From Mobula birostris (Eukaryota), in contig NC_092379.1 in the NCBI RefSeq assembly GCF_030028105.1, positions 130,298,065 to 130,362,064 on the forward strand: a stretch of 64,000 bases of DNA, given 5' to 3'. The position numbers and the translations under genes were made by a program. The notes under the pieces are model-generated. The model was not told the DNA's origin and did no database searches. It saw only the letters and a list, made by a program, of their open reading frames with translations. Every line of letters begins with the position of its first letter. The stretch's first letter is position 1. Positions 1 through 12,747 of the stretch are shown here, piece by piece.

Positions 1-489
1 TTTAAAACATGATCAATAACATGCTCATGTTTTTTGCTGTTATTGCATTATGGTACCTTCCTTGAAAGTTGGTCAAAATTTGGCAGTACCTTTAGGTTTA
101 GTGTTGTATAACTGATTATATACATGGTGTCAGCAGAAATACTATAACTCCTGATCTTACTGTACACCACTGCCTTTTGCATGCCTATTTACCTACCAAT
201 CATCTTCCTCCTTCTGCAAAAGAATGGGGATTTATATTGGTGCTCACGGATGGCAGCATCTCTTTAATCCTTCTGCAATGTTTGATCCTAATAAGTTCAA
301 ACACTATAGCATTAGATTCTCTGACAAAATAAAGCATTATGGTTGAGGCAAAAACTCTTCTTCCCTGATGCCTCTGGGAGAGTTAGCGCGATGTGACTGA
401 CTCATTGCTGGTCAACTGTGGTTTCCTAGGAGATGAATATAGAGCACATGTATCATTAGTGACCTCACCTTACTAAACCTCACCCTTAC

Positions 490-1000
490 CCGGACCACAG
501 CCCTTCATATCCCTCTCATACCTGTCCAAGCTTCTCAAGTATTGCAATCAAACCCACATCCACCACTTCTACCGGCAGCTCATTCCACACTCACCACCTT
601 GAGTGAAGAAAAGGAAGGAAATTGCCTTTTAAGCTCACGAGAGCGCATAGGCCATCAACATTTTGCTGTTGATGTTTCTGTAGCAGGCAATTTCTTTTTT
701 ACGAGGTCGAGTTGCTAGCTCAACGCTCAACCCAGCACGGATGGAAAGTGTTCCTGGGGAGCCAGCTGGGTTCGAACTCGGGAGCCTTCACTACCAGCCA
801 GCTACCCTGAGTGAAGAGGTTTCCCTTAAACATTTCACTTCTCACCCTTAACCCATGACCCTCTAGTTCTAGTCTCACCTAACCTCGGGCCTGCTTGTAT
901 TTACCTTATCTACCGTACACTCTTCATAATTTTGTATACCTCCATAAGAGCTCCCTTTATTCTCCTACGTTACAGGGAATAAAGTCTTAAGCTATTCAAT
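490..1000 (-). mobile_element. CR1-clade LINE 3' fragment, interrupted by a short SINE
   Basis: Antisense match to the CR1 ORF2 C-terminus and 3' UTR seen in the other copies in this window; boundaries approximate. Confidence 0.6.
610..803 (-). mobile_element. tRNA-related SINE (5'-truncated) with TSD
   Basis: Minus strand has B-box GAGTTCGAACC and a ttcc-rich tail; flanked by direct repeat acc(t/c)tgagtgaaga (596-609 and 804-817). Confidence 0.55.
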
Positions 1001-1299
1001 TTTGATTTAAGAGTTAAAAAAATTAAACTACATTTGACAAAACAAGACAGCAGAGACAATTGAGGATGGTGTTCCTTGAATGTTCTCCATTCCTTTCAAC
1101 TATCTGCTCACTAATGAACACTTCCTGAATTGCACAAAGTATATACCTGATGATTCATAAGACATGAGCAGAATTAGTCCATTAGACCATTTCATTATAC
1201 ATCAATCATGATATTCCATTTCATCATGGCAGGTATATTATCCATTAATGGACACAAGATATTTTCTAATCAACTTAATGTATGAAAAATTAATTATTA

Positions 1300-1862
1300 T
1301 ATCATTCTTGGAATATTGTGTACAGTTTTGGCCTCCAAATTTGAGGAAGGACATTCTAGCTATTGAGGGAGTGCAGTGTAGGCTCACGAGGTTAATTCCC
1401 AGGATGGCGGGACTGTCATATGTTGAAAGATTGGAGTGACTGGGGTTGTATACACTGGAATTTAGAAGGATGAGAGGGGATCTAATTGAAATATATAAGA
1501 TTATTAAGGGATTGGACACACTAGAGGCAGGAAACATGTTCCCGATGTTGGGGGAGTCCAGAACGAAAGGCCACAGCTTAAGAATAAGGGGTAGACCATT
1601 TAGAACAGAGTTGAGGAAAAACTTTTTCACTCAGAGGGTTGTGGTTCTGTGGAATGCTCTGCCTCAGAAGGCAGTGGAGGCCAATTCTCAGGATTCTTTC
1701 AAAAAAGAGTTAGATAGAACTCTTAAAGATAGTGGAGTGAAGGGATATGGGGAGAAGGCAGGAAAAGGATATTGATTGTGGATGATCAGCCATTATCACA
1801 GTGAATGGTGGTGCTGGCTCAAAGGGCTGTATGGCCTACTCCTGCACCTATTGTCTATTGTC
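1300..1862 (+). mobile_element. CR1-clade LINE 3' end (ORF2 C-terminus and 3' UTR)
   Basis: Translations LEYCVQFW, RRMRGDLIE, RTKGHSLR and FFTQRVV are typical of the CR1 RT C-terminus; ends in a (ctattgt)n tail. Confidence 0.85.
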
Positions 1863-2899
1863 TTCTCCAGCTCTGGAAATTGTGCTGTGGGGTGGTGTTC
1901 ACCTATGTAATTAGCATCATCACTGCACTGTTCTAGTTCCTCCCTAATCGCTGGACCCAACATTTAATAATAATATACAGCAAGCAGATAAATGCAACCT
2001 GAGGATTCATGAGCACAAGTGCCCTTAACAGGTTACTTCAGATCTGTGAGTTGTCTGAAAAGTGATTAAGTTTAAGAAGTTTATTAAAATGTTTTTAAAA
2101 ATCCCTTCCTGGCTTGACCTGTATGTTCTTTTTTCATTTCATGTGCATTTTACTAGTGTACTTTCCTCAAACCATCAAGCTGTGCTGGCTTAAGACTCTG
2201 CACATTGTGCTTTAACCATTTTCCTGTGTAACCTGGGCTAAAATTAATCACTTATCTTTGGCATGCTTGATCTTCTTAAAAATCCACACTTGCAGTTGGA
2301 TGTAGGAATCACAGTTAAAATGCACCTACAGTCAACGAGTGCATTACTCTGAGGCCCAGGACAAGCTAAGCTGACGCCATCATTATCTGTGGAATTCATT
2401 GCCACAGATGGCTGTGGAGGTCAAGTCATTAGATGTATTTGTGGAGGTTAATAGGTTCTTGATTAGTAAGGGCATCAAAGGTTATGAGGAGAAGGCAGGA
2501 GAATGGGGTGGAAAGCAAAAATAAATCAGCTAAGATTGAACGGTGGAGCAGACTTGATGGGCCAAACGGCCTGATTCTGCTCCTCTGTCTAATGGTCAAA
2601 CAGCAAAGCAAGCTTAATGCATAAAATGGCTTAATTCTGATCTAAATAAAAGATGCATGCCTGGGTCGCTCATTGGTAACCCAACCAATTCTGTCCAGCT
2701 CATTTCTCTCTGGGCATGTAGAAGTGGGAAAAAAACACAAGATCAAAGGACAGAAGACATCTAGCTTTTAGCTGTACAAGTATAACACTGGAAAAATCTT
2801 GCACCTGATTTTAAGCGGCACTTCCAGCTTTCCGCTTCGTTCTTAAAAACTAGAGCTTGTGGAGTGGAAATGCTGTACTTGAATCCTGTACTAAGATGC

Positions 2900-3290
2900 A
2901 ATAATAAGCATCATCTCAACCTGCTGCTGTTTGGTAGAAGGTACAAGAACTTCAGGACTCACACCACCAACTTCAAGAACAGTTACTACCCCTCAACCGT
3001 CAGGCTCTTGAACGAGAGGGGATAACTACACTCATATGTCAAGGTGTTCCCACAACCAATGATCACACTGTAAGGACTCTATGTTGTTATCCAATGTTCT
3101 CATTATCTATTACCATTAATATAGATTTGCATTTGCAGTTTGTTGTCTTCTACACTCTAGTTGAGCTTTCATTGATCCTATTATAGTCACTATTCTATAG
3201 ATTTGCTGAGTATGCCTGCAGGAAAGTGAATCTGAGGATTGTATACGGTGGCATATATGTACTTTGATAATAAATTTACATTGAACTTTG
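2900..3290 (+). mobile_element. Rex/Babar-like LINE 3' fragment
   Basis: LLLFGRRYKNFRTHTTNFKNSYYP-like end plus the shared tail 'gtactttgataataaattta..gaactttgaact', also seen at about 10395-10430. Confidence 0.65.
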
Positions 3291-3413
3291 AACTGTATTA
3301 TGAAGTTCCCTCCATCCATTTTCAAAGGGTCACTTGCTTTTACCGTTTCCTCCAGAATATATGGATATCAGTATGATAGACACACTGATTTTAACATTTT
3401 ACTTCTATATCTA

Positions 3414-3733
3414 GGTGGCGGGGTGGAGATACATCTCTACCAAAGGAGGTGTAAAGTGCTCCTTCCCTCCGCTAACCTACAGGTCACCCTTGGACAAGGT
3501 GTAGCATCTACTTAGACCCCTGATCAGGGTCACGTACAGCCATGGGAGCATATCACAAGTCCTGGTTATGCAACCACTGACGCCAAGCAGACAATCCCTG
3601 AGGATAATGAGAGGGACAATACCCAGAAGGCAATGGCAAACCACTTCTGAGAAAAGTTTGCCAAAAACAATCATGGTCATGAAAACTATGATCACCCATG
3701 TCAAACAACACGGCACACAATGATGACGATGAC
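3414..3733 (+). mobile_element. RTE-related non-autonomous element / SINE
   Basis: Hairpin-rich head, 'ggcaatggcaaaccac' RTE/BovB-like tail motif and (gat)n end; a second copy lies at about 12748-13060. Confidence 0.55.
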
Positions 3734-3965
3734 TGCTTTATCAGGTTCAAAACAAGCATCCATGCAGAATTTCGTCTGCAATGTCTTCAACAGAGCTTTT
3801 TTTACATTCTGAAGACATCAATATAGATATTTTCAACAATTTCCATAATTCTATTAAACCATGATCATTTTACTTTGCCAGTGTGATAGATATAGAAATA
3901 TAAAATATGATTTTAAGTTGTTTTCTGTAATTTCTCTACTACATAATTATACAAGAGTTCACCAT

Positions 3966-4060
3966 CAGTCCTGATGGGTCTCAGCTTGAAACATCAACTC
4001 TTCTATTTCTTTGATACTGTCTGACCTGCTGAATTCCTCCAGTATGTTGTGTTTGTTACT
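3966..4060 (+). mobile_element. Penelope-derived terminal repeat fragment with degenerate hammerhead motif
   Basis: cagtc-ctgatg-ggtctcagctt-gaaacatc-aactc followed by the family tail 'ctgacctgctgaattcctccag'. Confidence 0.6.
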
Positions 4061-5057
4061 CAAGAGTTCACTATTTTGCCTCAACTCTAATTAAGCTTAA
4101 TTTTTCTCTTCATGATATGCCAATAGAATTTGCAACTTTTCAGTGTTTCAAATGAAGAATTCAAACTGCAACTATGTAGAAACCTTTGGTATGCTTGTGA
4201 ACCATCTGTATAAACTGTAGTTTTTTGTGGTGTCCTGAAGGATGCGGCGAACTGTACTCTTGAGAATGCAGCTATGGCCACAATGGTCATTACTGGGTGG
4301 ACTTGGGACTGGAGTGAAGTGGCAAGGCCCAGGCCGAGAGCAAAAAACAAGCCAATGTTTAGTTGATTGAAGCACCGAGCCAGATTAAAAAGGTTAAAGC
4401 ATCGAGGGCAAGGGCAAAGAACAAACTGGTGAACAGCTCACTACTCTGTGAGGCTTTACTTGCCTCAGTGCTGGGCTGACTTTGCAGCTGTGGCCAGCAG
4501 CAAGTGGGCTCCTGGACCCGCAGCAGCAGTGAACTGGCTCTGTGGTTATGGACTCACTTTCCAGGACTCTGCGGTTCATGTCTGGCTATTTGTTTACTTT
4601 AAAAAAATAGTTTGCACAACTTGTTCTTTTCTTACACATTGGTTGTTTGATGATCTTTGTTATATGGAATTTTTTGTGGACTCTAGTATGTTCCTTTGTT
4701 TTTGGTTGCTTGCAAGAAGACGAATCTCAAAGTTGTATATGGCACATTGATAACAAATGTACTTTGAAAAGCAAGTTCAAACTGACAAAAATGGAGAAAC
4801 ATTTAAAATAGATCAATACCCCATAGCAACATTTTCAATGTTCTAACTCACTCATTTTCATCTCCACACTTGCTACTTTCTACACTTCCCAAAGCTATCT
4901 GCAATAGAAAACTCAAACTACATATCCAGTTCATGTTTATACCTTCCATTTTATGGTAAAATATTTAGTTTACATTATGAAACAAAGATTAAAGTTAACA
5001 CTTCAATAATGCTTCTCCTCCAGATTCACGAGTATGGTGTTCAAGATGAAGACCCCA

Positions 5058-5078
5058 TCAGTCAATGTTTTCTAATCC
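5058..5078 (-). CDS. NDUFA1: NDUFA1 exon 3 (GLENID*)
   Basis: Acceptor ctgttttaacAG then GGA TTA GAA AAC ATT GAC TGA; identical to the human C-terminus GLENID. Confidence 0.95.
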   Translation of the reverse strand, partial: GLENID

Positions 5079-5264
5079 CTGTTAAAACAGAAGAATTAAT
5101 TAGGACATTTATTTTACATAAACAAAATCAAAGTAATATATTATTGTTTAGATCTACCATACATATAATTTGCCACTTTTATAACCTGCATTGTAAGATG
5201 AACTTTTAAGTGGATTCACTTTGAGGTCAATGCATTTCAGCATTCATATTCCTCAAGAATTTAC

Positions 5265-5354
5265 CTTTGAGTTGAAATGGACCTTGCCACCAGACACTCT
5301 TCTGTCCCTTTCTAACAGAATCCATTGATATGGTAACCGAGCAGTTCTTTTTTC
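5265..5354 (-). CDS. NDUFA1: NDUFA1 exon 2 (EKRTARLPYQWILLERDRRVSGGKVHFNSK)
   Basis: 90 nt, phase 0/0, atgctcAG..AAG/GTaaat; matches human [22 protein letters not shown]; not in the ORF track. Confidence 0.95.
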
Positions 5355-5564
5355 CTGAGCATAAAAAAATCATTGAAATGTTAATAGAATTAGATTTTGA
5401 TTAAAAGGTCATTAATTGTCATTGTATGCTATATTGCAATTTGATTTTAAGGTAACAACTAGTGACTTTTTAGTCATCAGGACTTGAACTTTCACAACAC
5501 GTTCTTCCACTGAGATTGCAAAAAATTCACGTACTCCCCAATTAGATCAGAATGCTGCACATCA

Positions 5565-6212
5565 GTGGAAACTGCAAGCATATTCAAACTCCTGGGAGTG
5601 CACATCAAACACAACCTCTCATGGTCCCAGAACATATCCTACACAGTCAAGAAAGGTCACCAACACCTCTACTTTCTGAGGAGGCTGAAGGGAGCTGGAC
5701 TTTGCACAGCCATACTCACATCATCCTATAGACGTGTATCAGAGAACATCCTGACAAGCTACATCACTGCTTGCAACGGAAGCTCCACCGCGGTAGACAG
5801 CAAGACTCTATAATGGGTAGTCAAAACTGCCGAACACATCATCAGCACCACCCACACACCTTTAAGGACATAAAAACAGAACGATACAGGAAAAGGATCC
5901 CACCCACCCTGCTAATGGACTGTTCATCCCACTCCCATCAGGGAGGAGGCTACATAGCATCCATGCCAGGACCACCAGACTCAAAAACAGTTACCTTCCT
6001 CAAGCTGTAAGGCTGATTAACACCTCCACCCACTAACTCCGCCACTACTTTATTATTTCCTGTTAGTCATCTTACGTATTTATATTTATTGTGTTTTTAT
6101 TATTGTGTTCTTTACCTTTTGTGTTTATTTTGTGCTGCATGGGATCCAGAGCAGCAGCCATTTTGTTCTCCTTTACACTTGTGCATGGGAAATGACATTA
6201 GACAATCTTGAA
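5565..6212 (+). mobile_element. Rex/Babar-clade LINE 3' part in NDUFA1 intron 1
   Basis: FKLLGVHI..LSWSQN..VKKGHQHLYFLRRLK..ENILTSYITA; tail 'aatcttgaa'; closely similar copy at 60911-61960. Confidence 0.8.
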
Positions 6213-6689
6213 TTCATTGAACAAAATTATGTACAGCAATTGAAATAAAGGAACTTTACTGTTTTGGGGGGAGGGAGGGGTTAAGAGGGGAATGGAGAGG
6301 ATGGGGATCCAGTAAGGGACCAGCCAATTAGAACTTAAACAAGAAGTAATTTTCCCATCAAAGAGCACTGTGTATAATCAAAATGAAGACCTGCAGTTTT
6401 TCAGCAAAGTATTGGGGATTAAGCAGGGAAGTGCATGAAAGAGAGTTAGAGAAGTCAACCATGGCAATTCTGAATATAAAGCTTAAGGGGTCATGTGACT
6501 TAAATCTCAAATTTTATTTTTGAAGATAGAGATTGCATTTCACATACTACTCACTGTAAGGATTCAATCCAAGACTAGCCATGTAGGACATTCTCAATCC
6601 CAGTTAATCTAAGGAAATATTATGCTTAAAATCTTTTAGCATAGGGACTGCACTTTACAGTGCCTCTTACCACTGGTTTAACTCTCACC

Positions 6690-7105
6690 TGTCTGCAAGG
6701 ACACGTCCCTCTGTGATGGCGCAGTTTTCCTCCCACATTTCAAAAGATGTTTGGTTAGGGTTAGTGTGCTGTGGGACACCATGCTGGTGCCAGAAGCACA
6801 GCGACAGCTTCAGCACAACCCTCAGACTATTTTACACTTTGATGCAACGATGCATTTTGCTGTGTTTCAATGTCCCTATGTGTGGTAAATTTGTGGAATT
6901 TATTACCACAGGCAGGTCTTTGGGTGCACTTAATGCAAAATTGATAGGTTTTTGATGAGACACGGTATCAAAGTTTATGGGGAGAAGGCTACAGAGTGGG
7001 GCTGAGGAGGGGAAAAATGATTCAATGGCAGAGCAGACACAATGGGCCAAATGGCCTAATTCTGCTCCTAAGTCTTACGTACATATGACAAATAAAGCTA
7101 ATCTT
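6690..7105 (+). mobile_element. V-SINE-like element with a CR1 3' tail inserted (about 6885-7078)
   Basis: V-domain-like 'tttcctcccacatttcaaaagatg'; end 'acaaataaagctaatcttta' shared with the 49920-50250 copy. Confidence 0.5.
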
Positions 7106-8114
7106 TAAAAATTTAAATCGTTCCACAGAGAAGAAAGGAATAAGTCCATTACGTATGGAACTAATGTAAACTAAGTTTCAATGTCATGCTAGTTTAACTG
7201 TTTAAGTGTAACAGATGCCAATGTAGAAGAACTCAGCTCTGTCAGCAGAAAGTAATTAAAGCTCAAAATTCAAAGTAAACTTTAAACTTTAAGTATATTC
7301 GGCTGAAAGAGCTGAGTTATACAGCAGCATCTGTTAAATAAATAAATTACTTTGTACTACCATTTTCCTTGAATATTTATGTAATTCTCTTTAGATTCTG
7401 CATAAAGAACACCTCCATTTTGACCACCTTCTCCAGACAGGAGGTAAAGAAGAGGTTTGATAAAGGTAGTGAGTCTTGAAATACTTTATCAAGAAAAACA
7501 AGGTTAAGCTGACAAGTTGAGAGTGAGAGGGGAGATTTTTAAGATCACCCATTAAAATTCTAACAGATGTTTCGAATGTTCAAATGCAAAGGATGAATAA
7601 AGTATCTTGCCATATTTAAGAAAGGAAAACTAATGTCAACTTCAAGGCAGGGGATTGAGCCCAGCTGATGACTCTTTCAGAAAACTAATATGGGATAGAT
7701 GGATGGCCAGATAAGATACAGTCTCTGCATCCATCAGTGTGCTTTGTGACCTGTCACTCCATTGCCCACTGCAGTTTTATCCTGACTAGCCCCTAAATAC
7801 AATGTATGAAATACACATAGTCTGATTAGACTGGTTTAACCTGGCCCTTTCCAAATTCAAGTCATTATTTTTTGATCCTTTTATTCTTTCTATTTTATTA
7901 ATTTCTCTTTGCTTTAATGGTACAACTTTGAATATTTTTGTACTTTCATGTCAGTAATGACACGCTTTAACAAATACACCATCTCTGAGATGTTCATTCT
8001 TGACGGTCTTTTCCTTGTACTTTTTAGGATAGCTACATCAAAGAAATGTGCAACAAATAACTTCAATCCATCAACAGAGAAGTATTATAGAGTCAGATAA
8101 TATCCCAGCTGTAG

Positions 8115-8420
8115 CACTGAGGATTCTTCATTGCTGTTTTCGTAACAGTTTTGTTAGCCCTGAACCTGGAGGACCGGTGAATCACTGAGACTGCCCTCTA
8201 CCCTCTGAACTGCTTGGCATGGGCAACCCGACCAAAGCCAAAGGATAAGGCCCTGACTCCAGCCAACGTGGCTCACTGGGTCATTGAGGCATGCGAACCT
8301 CCAAACCACCGACAAGCTTGTGGTGCTCTTGGACATGATGAAGGAAATCCTGAGCACAACCAGAGATGGAGGACCTTCATTGCTGCCCTAACCGCCAGCA
8401 GCATAACAGGCAATAAGCAC
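8115..8420. mobile_element. RTE-derived bipartite fragment
   Basis: Both halves are shared with the element at 55700-56010, including the RTE-like 3' end 'tggaggaccttcattgctgcccta'. Confidence 0.5.
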
Positions 8421-8899
8421 CGAGGACGCAAGCTCCAGAACTAGCTGTTCCAGTGAGAAATTCCAGTCCAGATACAACACTAGCATCCTCCAGACAGCAT
8501 GACAAATTGACCAGGTATACTATAACAGGATTCTAAGTTACTCCTAATATTGGTGGGGGGAGGGAGGGAATAGAATCAGAAGGAAGCTAATGGGTCCGTG
8601 AGAAAGAATAGCTTTAAGAGCATACTGGGTACTCTGAAAACGAAGGATGGCCTCTAGCGAACTAACGGAGCTAGTGTAGCACCAACAACTTTCAAAAAAC
8701 TCAGGATTATCTGCACTATCGCTATTTGATTGGACGACATCAACCATTCAAAAACACCATCTACCACCAACACACAGTAGCTGCAGCGTACACCATCAGC
8801 AAAATGTACTGCAGGCTAACCCCATGACCTCTCCACCCACGAAGTTCAAGGGCACCATCACCTGCAGATTCCACTCCCAGTCCCCAACATCATTACTTG

Positions 8900-10430
8900 T
8901 TATTGTGTCCAAACTCTGCGATTTAAGTTTGCTAACAATACCGCTGTCAGAGGCCGAATCGAAGGTGGTGGTAAATCAGCATACAGGAAAGAGATTGAAA
9001 ATCTGGCTGATAAAAAGAGTCCTTAAATGAGTGTATTTTATTCGAGTGCCTGATGGCTGAGGGGTAGTAACAGTTCTTGAACCTGGTGGTGCGAGTCCTG
9101 AGGCACCTGTACCTTCTACCTTAGCAGCAGGAGAAAAGAACATGGCCTGGTTGGTGAGGATCTTTGATAATAGGTGCTGCTTTCCTATGGCAACGTTTCG
9201 TGTAGACATGTTTAATGGTTGGGAGGGTTTTACCCGTGATGTATTGGGCTGAATCCACTAGCTTTTGAGGGATTTTCTGCTCAAAGGCATTGGTGTTCCC
9301 ATACCAGGCTGTAATGCAGCCAGTCAGCACACTTTCCACCACACATCTACAGGAATTTGATGACATGCCAAATCTCCAGACTCCCAAATAAGCAGAGGCA
9401 CTATCATGTTTTCTTCACAATTATATTTATATGACAGGTCCTCAAAGATAGTGACACCCAGGAATTTGAAGTTGCTGACCCTCTCCACCTCTAATGATTA
9501 CTCACTCATGGACCTTTGGTTTCCCTTGCCTGAAATCTACAACCAGTTTTTTGGTCTTATTGACATTGAGTCAGCAATCTAAAATTTGTCAGTGTTATCG
9601 TTTCAGAGGACCTGTCCTGTGCCCAGCACACAAGTGCAATTATGAAGAAAGCACAGCAGCATCTCTACTTCCTCAGAAGTCTGCAAAGACTCGGCATGAT
9701 ATCTTTTGACAAACATCTATATGAAGGGTCTCAGCCTGAAACGTTGACCGTTTACTCTTTTCCAGATGCTGCCTGGCCTGCTAAGTTCCTCCAGCATTTT
9801 GAGTGTGTTGTTACAAACTTCTATAGATGTGAGGTGGAGAGCTCCATTAACTGGTTACATCACACCCTGGTATGGAAACTCCAATGCCCTTGAATGGAAT
9901 TTCTCCAAAAAGTGGAGCCCAATCCATTGTGTAAAGGCCTCCCTACCACTGAGCACATCTACATGGAGTACTGTCACAGGAAAGCAGCGTCCATCATCAA
10001 GGACCCCACCAACAGCTCTCTTCTCACTGCTGCCATCAGGAATAAGGTACAGGGGCCTCAGGACCTACACCACCAGGTTCAGGAACAGTTATTATCCCTC
10101 AACTATTAGGCTCTTGAATCAGTAGGGTTAACTTCATTCAATTCCACTCGCCCTAACACTGAACTGGTCCCACAACCTATGGACTCACTTTCAAAGACCC
10201 TTCACCCCACGTTCTCAATATTTAGTGTTTATTCATTACTTCCTCGGCAGTTGCACATCATGTTGTCTTTTTGCACATTGTTTGCCCGTTATGTTAAGAG
10301 CGGCTTTCATTTATTCTATTATGTTTCTTGGATTTTCTAAGTACACCCTCAAGAAAACGTATCGCATGGTTACATATGGTGACATATACAGTATGTACTT
10401 TGATAATAAATTTACTTGGAACTTTGAAAC
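8900..10430. mobile_element. Rearranged Rex/Babar LINE fragments (minus about 9030-9570, plus about 9600-10430)
   Basis: ESVLTGCITAWYG, KKAQQHLYFLR and TTRFRNSYYPSTIRLLN motifs on opposite strands. Confidence 0.7.
9721..9812 (+). mobile_element. Penelope-derived short insertion with TSD
   Basis: atgaagggtctcagcctgaaacgttgac plus family tail; flanked by acaaac(a/t)tctat (9709-9720 and 9813-9824). Confidence 0.7.
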
Positions 10431-10664
10431 CCACTACCCAAATCACCATCTGCATACACCTCCCTGTACAGCGACCCTCTAAGTATCTTCACAAGGCCGG
10501 TTGGATATAGGCAATTAATGTTAAATAAATTAAAGGAGTTATAAATGCCGGAACAGTGACCGTAGGTTAAAAGCTATAGGGTGCCCCGCGGTACTATTTA
10601 AATGTTATCTTTAAACGTTATCTTTATCCCTAATAAGTTGACACCGTCTTGCAGTAACGATTAC

Positions 10665-10766
10665 CTTGCCACCGTTGGTAAACCTGTGAATATAGATGGT
10701 GGAGAGGCCAGGAATAGTCAAGCAAACAGCCATGAGGCCGAGGCCAGGAAGGATTTCGTACCACAT
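10665..10766 (-). CDS. NDUFA1: NDUFA1 exon 1 (complex I MWFE subunit), [34 protein letters not shown]
   Basis: Diagnostic MW(F/Y)[14 protein letters not shown]; 102 nt ending AAG/GTaatc; spliced product is 70 aa, as in human. Confidence 0.97.
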
Positions 10767-11283
10767 CCCTGCCGACAGCAACCACCGACCTCCAGCGCCT
10801 CCGACCTCTACACACACTGAGCATGCGCAGAAGGCGGAATCATGCGCTTCGAGGAGAACCGGACGAGCATGCGCAGAATTGGTTCCTTGTGAGGAGTATT
10901 GCGCATGCGTACCAAGGACATTTCCCCCTCGCTAAAAATAATGAGCATGCGCATTGATGAGACTTTGCGACGGGCTTTCGATGAGATTATTTAATCCAAA
11001 CTGACGTTTGCTGTATGCGCGTTTCCTTACAAACTGGTGCTTTTTCCCCTAACTTCTAACGTGCGTATGGCAAACACAAACCTCTCTCACTAACCAGCAG
11101 GGCAGCCCATAGACGCCCCAGTTCAAATCTCGCGGCAATTTGCCGAGACTATTCCCGCCTCCCGTCCTCATACCCGCCAATCAGAAAAGGAGGTTGCGGT
11201 GAGTGACGTGACGGCGAGCCGGGGCCCCAGTTGAGTTAAGTTGAATTCGGGGTCGAGGCCTGCGTGAGGTGGCGTTCATCGTG
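10767..11283. promoter_or_regulatory. Bidirectional CpG-island promoter and 5' UTRs of NDUFA1/UPF3B
   Basis: CpG-rich; NRF1-like GAGCATGCGCA at 10819, 10865 and 10943 and TGCGCATGCGTA at 10900; E2F-like TTCCCGCC at about 11152; CCAAT at about 11177; CRE-like TGACGT at about 11002 and 11204. Confidence 0.85.
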
Positions 11284-11394
11284 ATGAAAGAGGATAAAGA
11301 GAATACCAAGCCGAGGGACAAGAAAACGGAGGTTAAATATGAAGAGCGGGTGGAGAGAGTTGAGAAGAAGGAGAAGAAAGAGGCGCTGACTAAG
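11284..11394 (+). CDS. UPF3B: UPF3B coding exon 1 (MKEDKENTKPRDKK..KEKKEALTK)
   Basis: ATG in the CpG island; ends KEKKEALTK/GTttgt like human KEKKEALSK. Confidence 0.92.
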
Positions 11395-12390
11395 GTTTGT
11401 GCAACAGTGGGCCTCAATGGGACATAGTTGGGATTAGGCTGCAAAGTCCTCTCAGTGGCTCGGTGTTTGCTGACACACAGTCACAGCGCGCTGCCCGTGA
11501 TATGACTGGGTACTTTTTCACACTGTGCTGGATTTCAGTGTTCAGTACGCTGTTGTGTGTGGTCTGGCTAGGTGTCTGATTGCAGACACACTCCTGTCTG
11601 TTGTGGGTGGGTGTTTAAACACACACCTCTTTCACAGCCACTGTCTCTACGCACAATCCGTGCTGCGGCTGAGCAGAAAATAGGGGTAGGAGAAGGCTCT
11701 TCAGTTGTTTAGGCCTTCGTATACAACACGATAATGATGCTTAATCATCTACTTCAGTATTCTTCTGCTTTCTGCCTGTATTCCTTATTTTTGCATATGT
11801 TTGAGAAATGTATTTATCTCCATCTAGATTATATCTAACGACTCGGACTCCACTGCTTTCAGTGGTACTGAATTCTAGAGATTTGCCTACCTCTGAATGA
11901 AGACAATTCTCCTAATCTTGGTTCTGTTGGCATACTCTGTATTCTGAAGTTTTGATCCCTTCTCTGGACTCTCCTGGCATTAGGAGTACTCTCCCTGTAT
12001 CTACTCCAATTAGAGCTTTATACGTTTATAGAGATTTATATTCTATGCTACAGTGAATGTACGCCTAACTTATCCAATTAACTTACCCAGTTTTCTCAAT
12101 ATATGTTATTTTTGCATTGGAGGGATCAATGTAGTATATCTTTTTATCCTAGAAAGGAACAGAGACTCCAGAGGGCATCTCAGCAAAGCAGCCCTCTCTC
12201 CTCCCCCATCCCAAATCTTACAATGAAGTTCAATATCTATTTGCCTTCCCAATTGCTTGCTGCATATGAATGGATGCCCTGGTCTCATTACACTTTTTCT
12301 GTTCCCAAACTATTAATACTTGCATCTTTTTAGGAGAATAGATATCCTTCATGTTTTGACAGACTTCTGACATGCATTTGCCTGTCCGCC

Positions 12391-12448
12391 AGAGTTGTTC
12401 CCTCTGCCTATATCCCACCAGAGTTGCTTTCTCTGCCTATATCCCACC
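12391..12448. repeat. 29-bp tandem duplication
   Basis: agagttgttccctctgcctatatcccacc followed by agagttgctttctctgcctatatcccacc. Confidence 0.85.
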
Positions 12449-12747
12449 TTTGTGTCATTTTTAAACAAAAATCATTGACGTATGTTGTGAAAAGCTGGGG
12501 GTCAAGCACCGATCACTAGGCATCCACAGCCATTTATTGCCCACAGTAACACTGATTTGTACCACGGGTGTGGCAGGCATTTATCCCACATATTATAATG
12601 GAAATGTCCTGTGTTGCTGCTCTGTATTTATCTCTCAGTATTTCAATCACATGTTGACCTTTGTAAATTAAGCCCATGTTGTCAAAACGAAAGCTGTAGA
12701 GCTGTTATTGTATAATTTCTTCCCAGAGGCCTGAATTTCCTGAATAT

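Noticed and set aside
1035-1100. Minus-strand GMENIQG.. look-alike of NDUFA1 exon 3
   Set aside because: No phase-0 AG acceptor; the exact GLENID* exon is at 5058-5078.
10630-10824. Upstream or overlapping ORFs at the NDUFA1 start (10611-10817, 10630-10824)
   Set aside because: They read through the intron or start within the NRF1 motifs, probably upstream of the TSS; the conserved start is ATG 10766.
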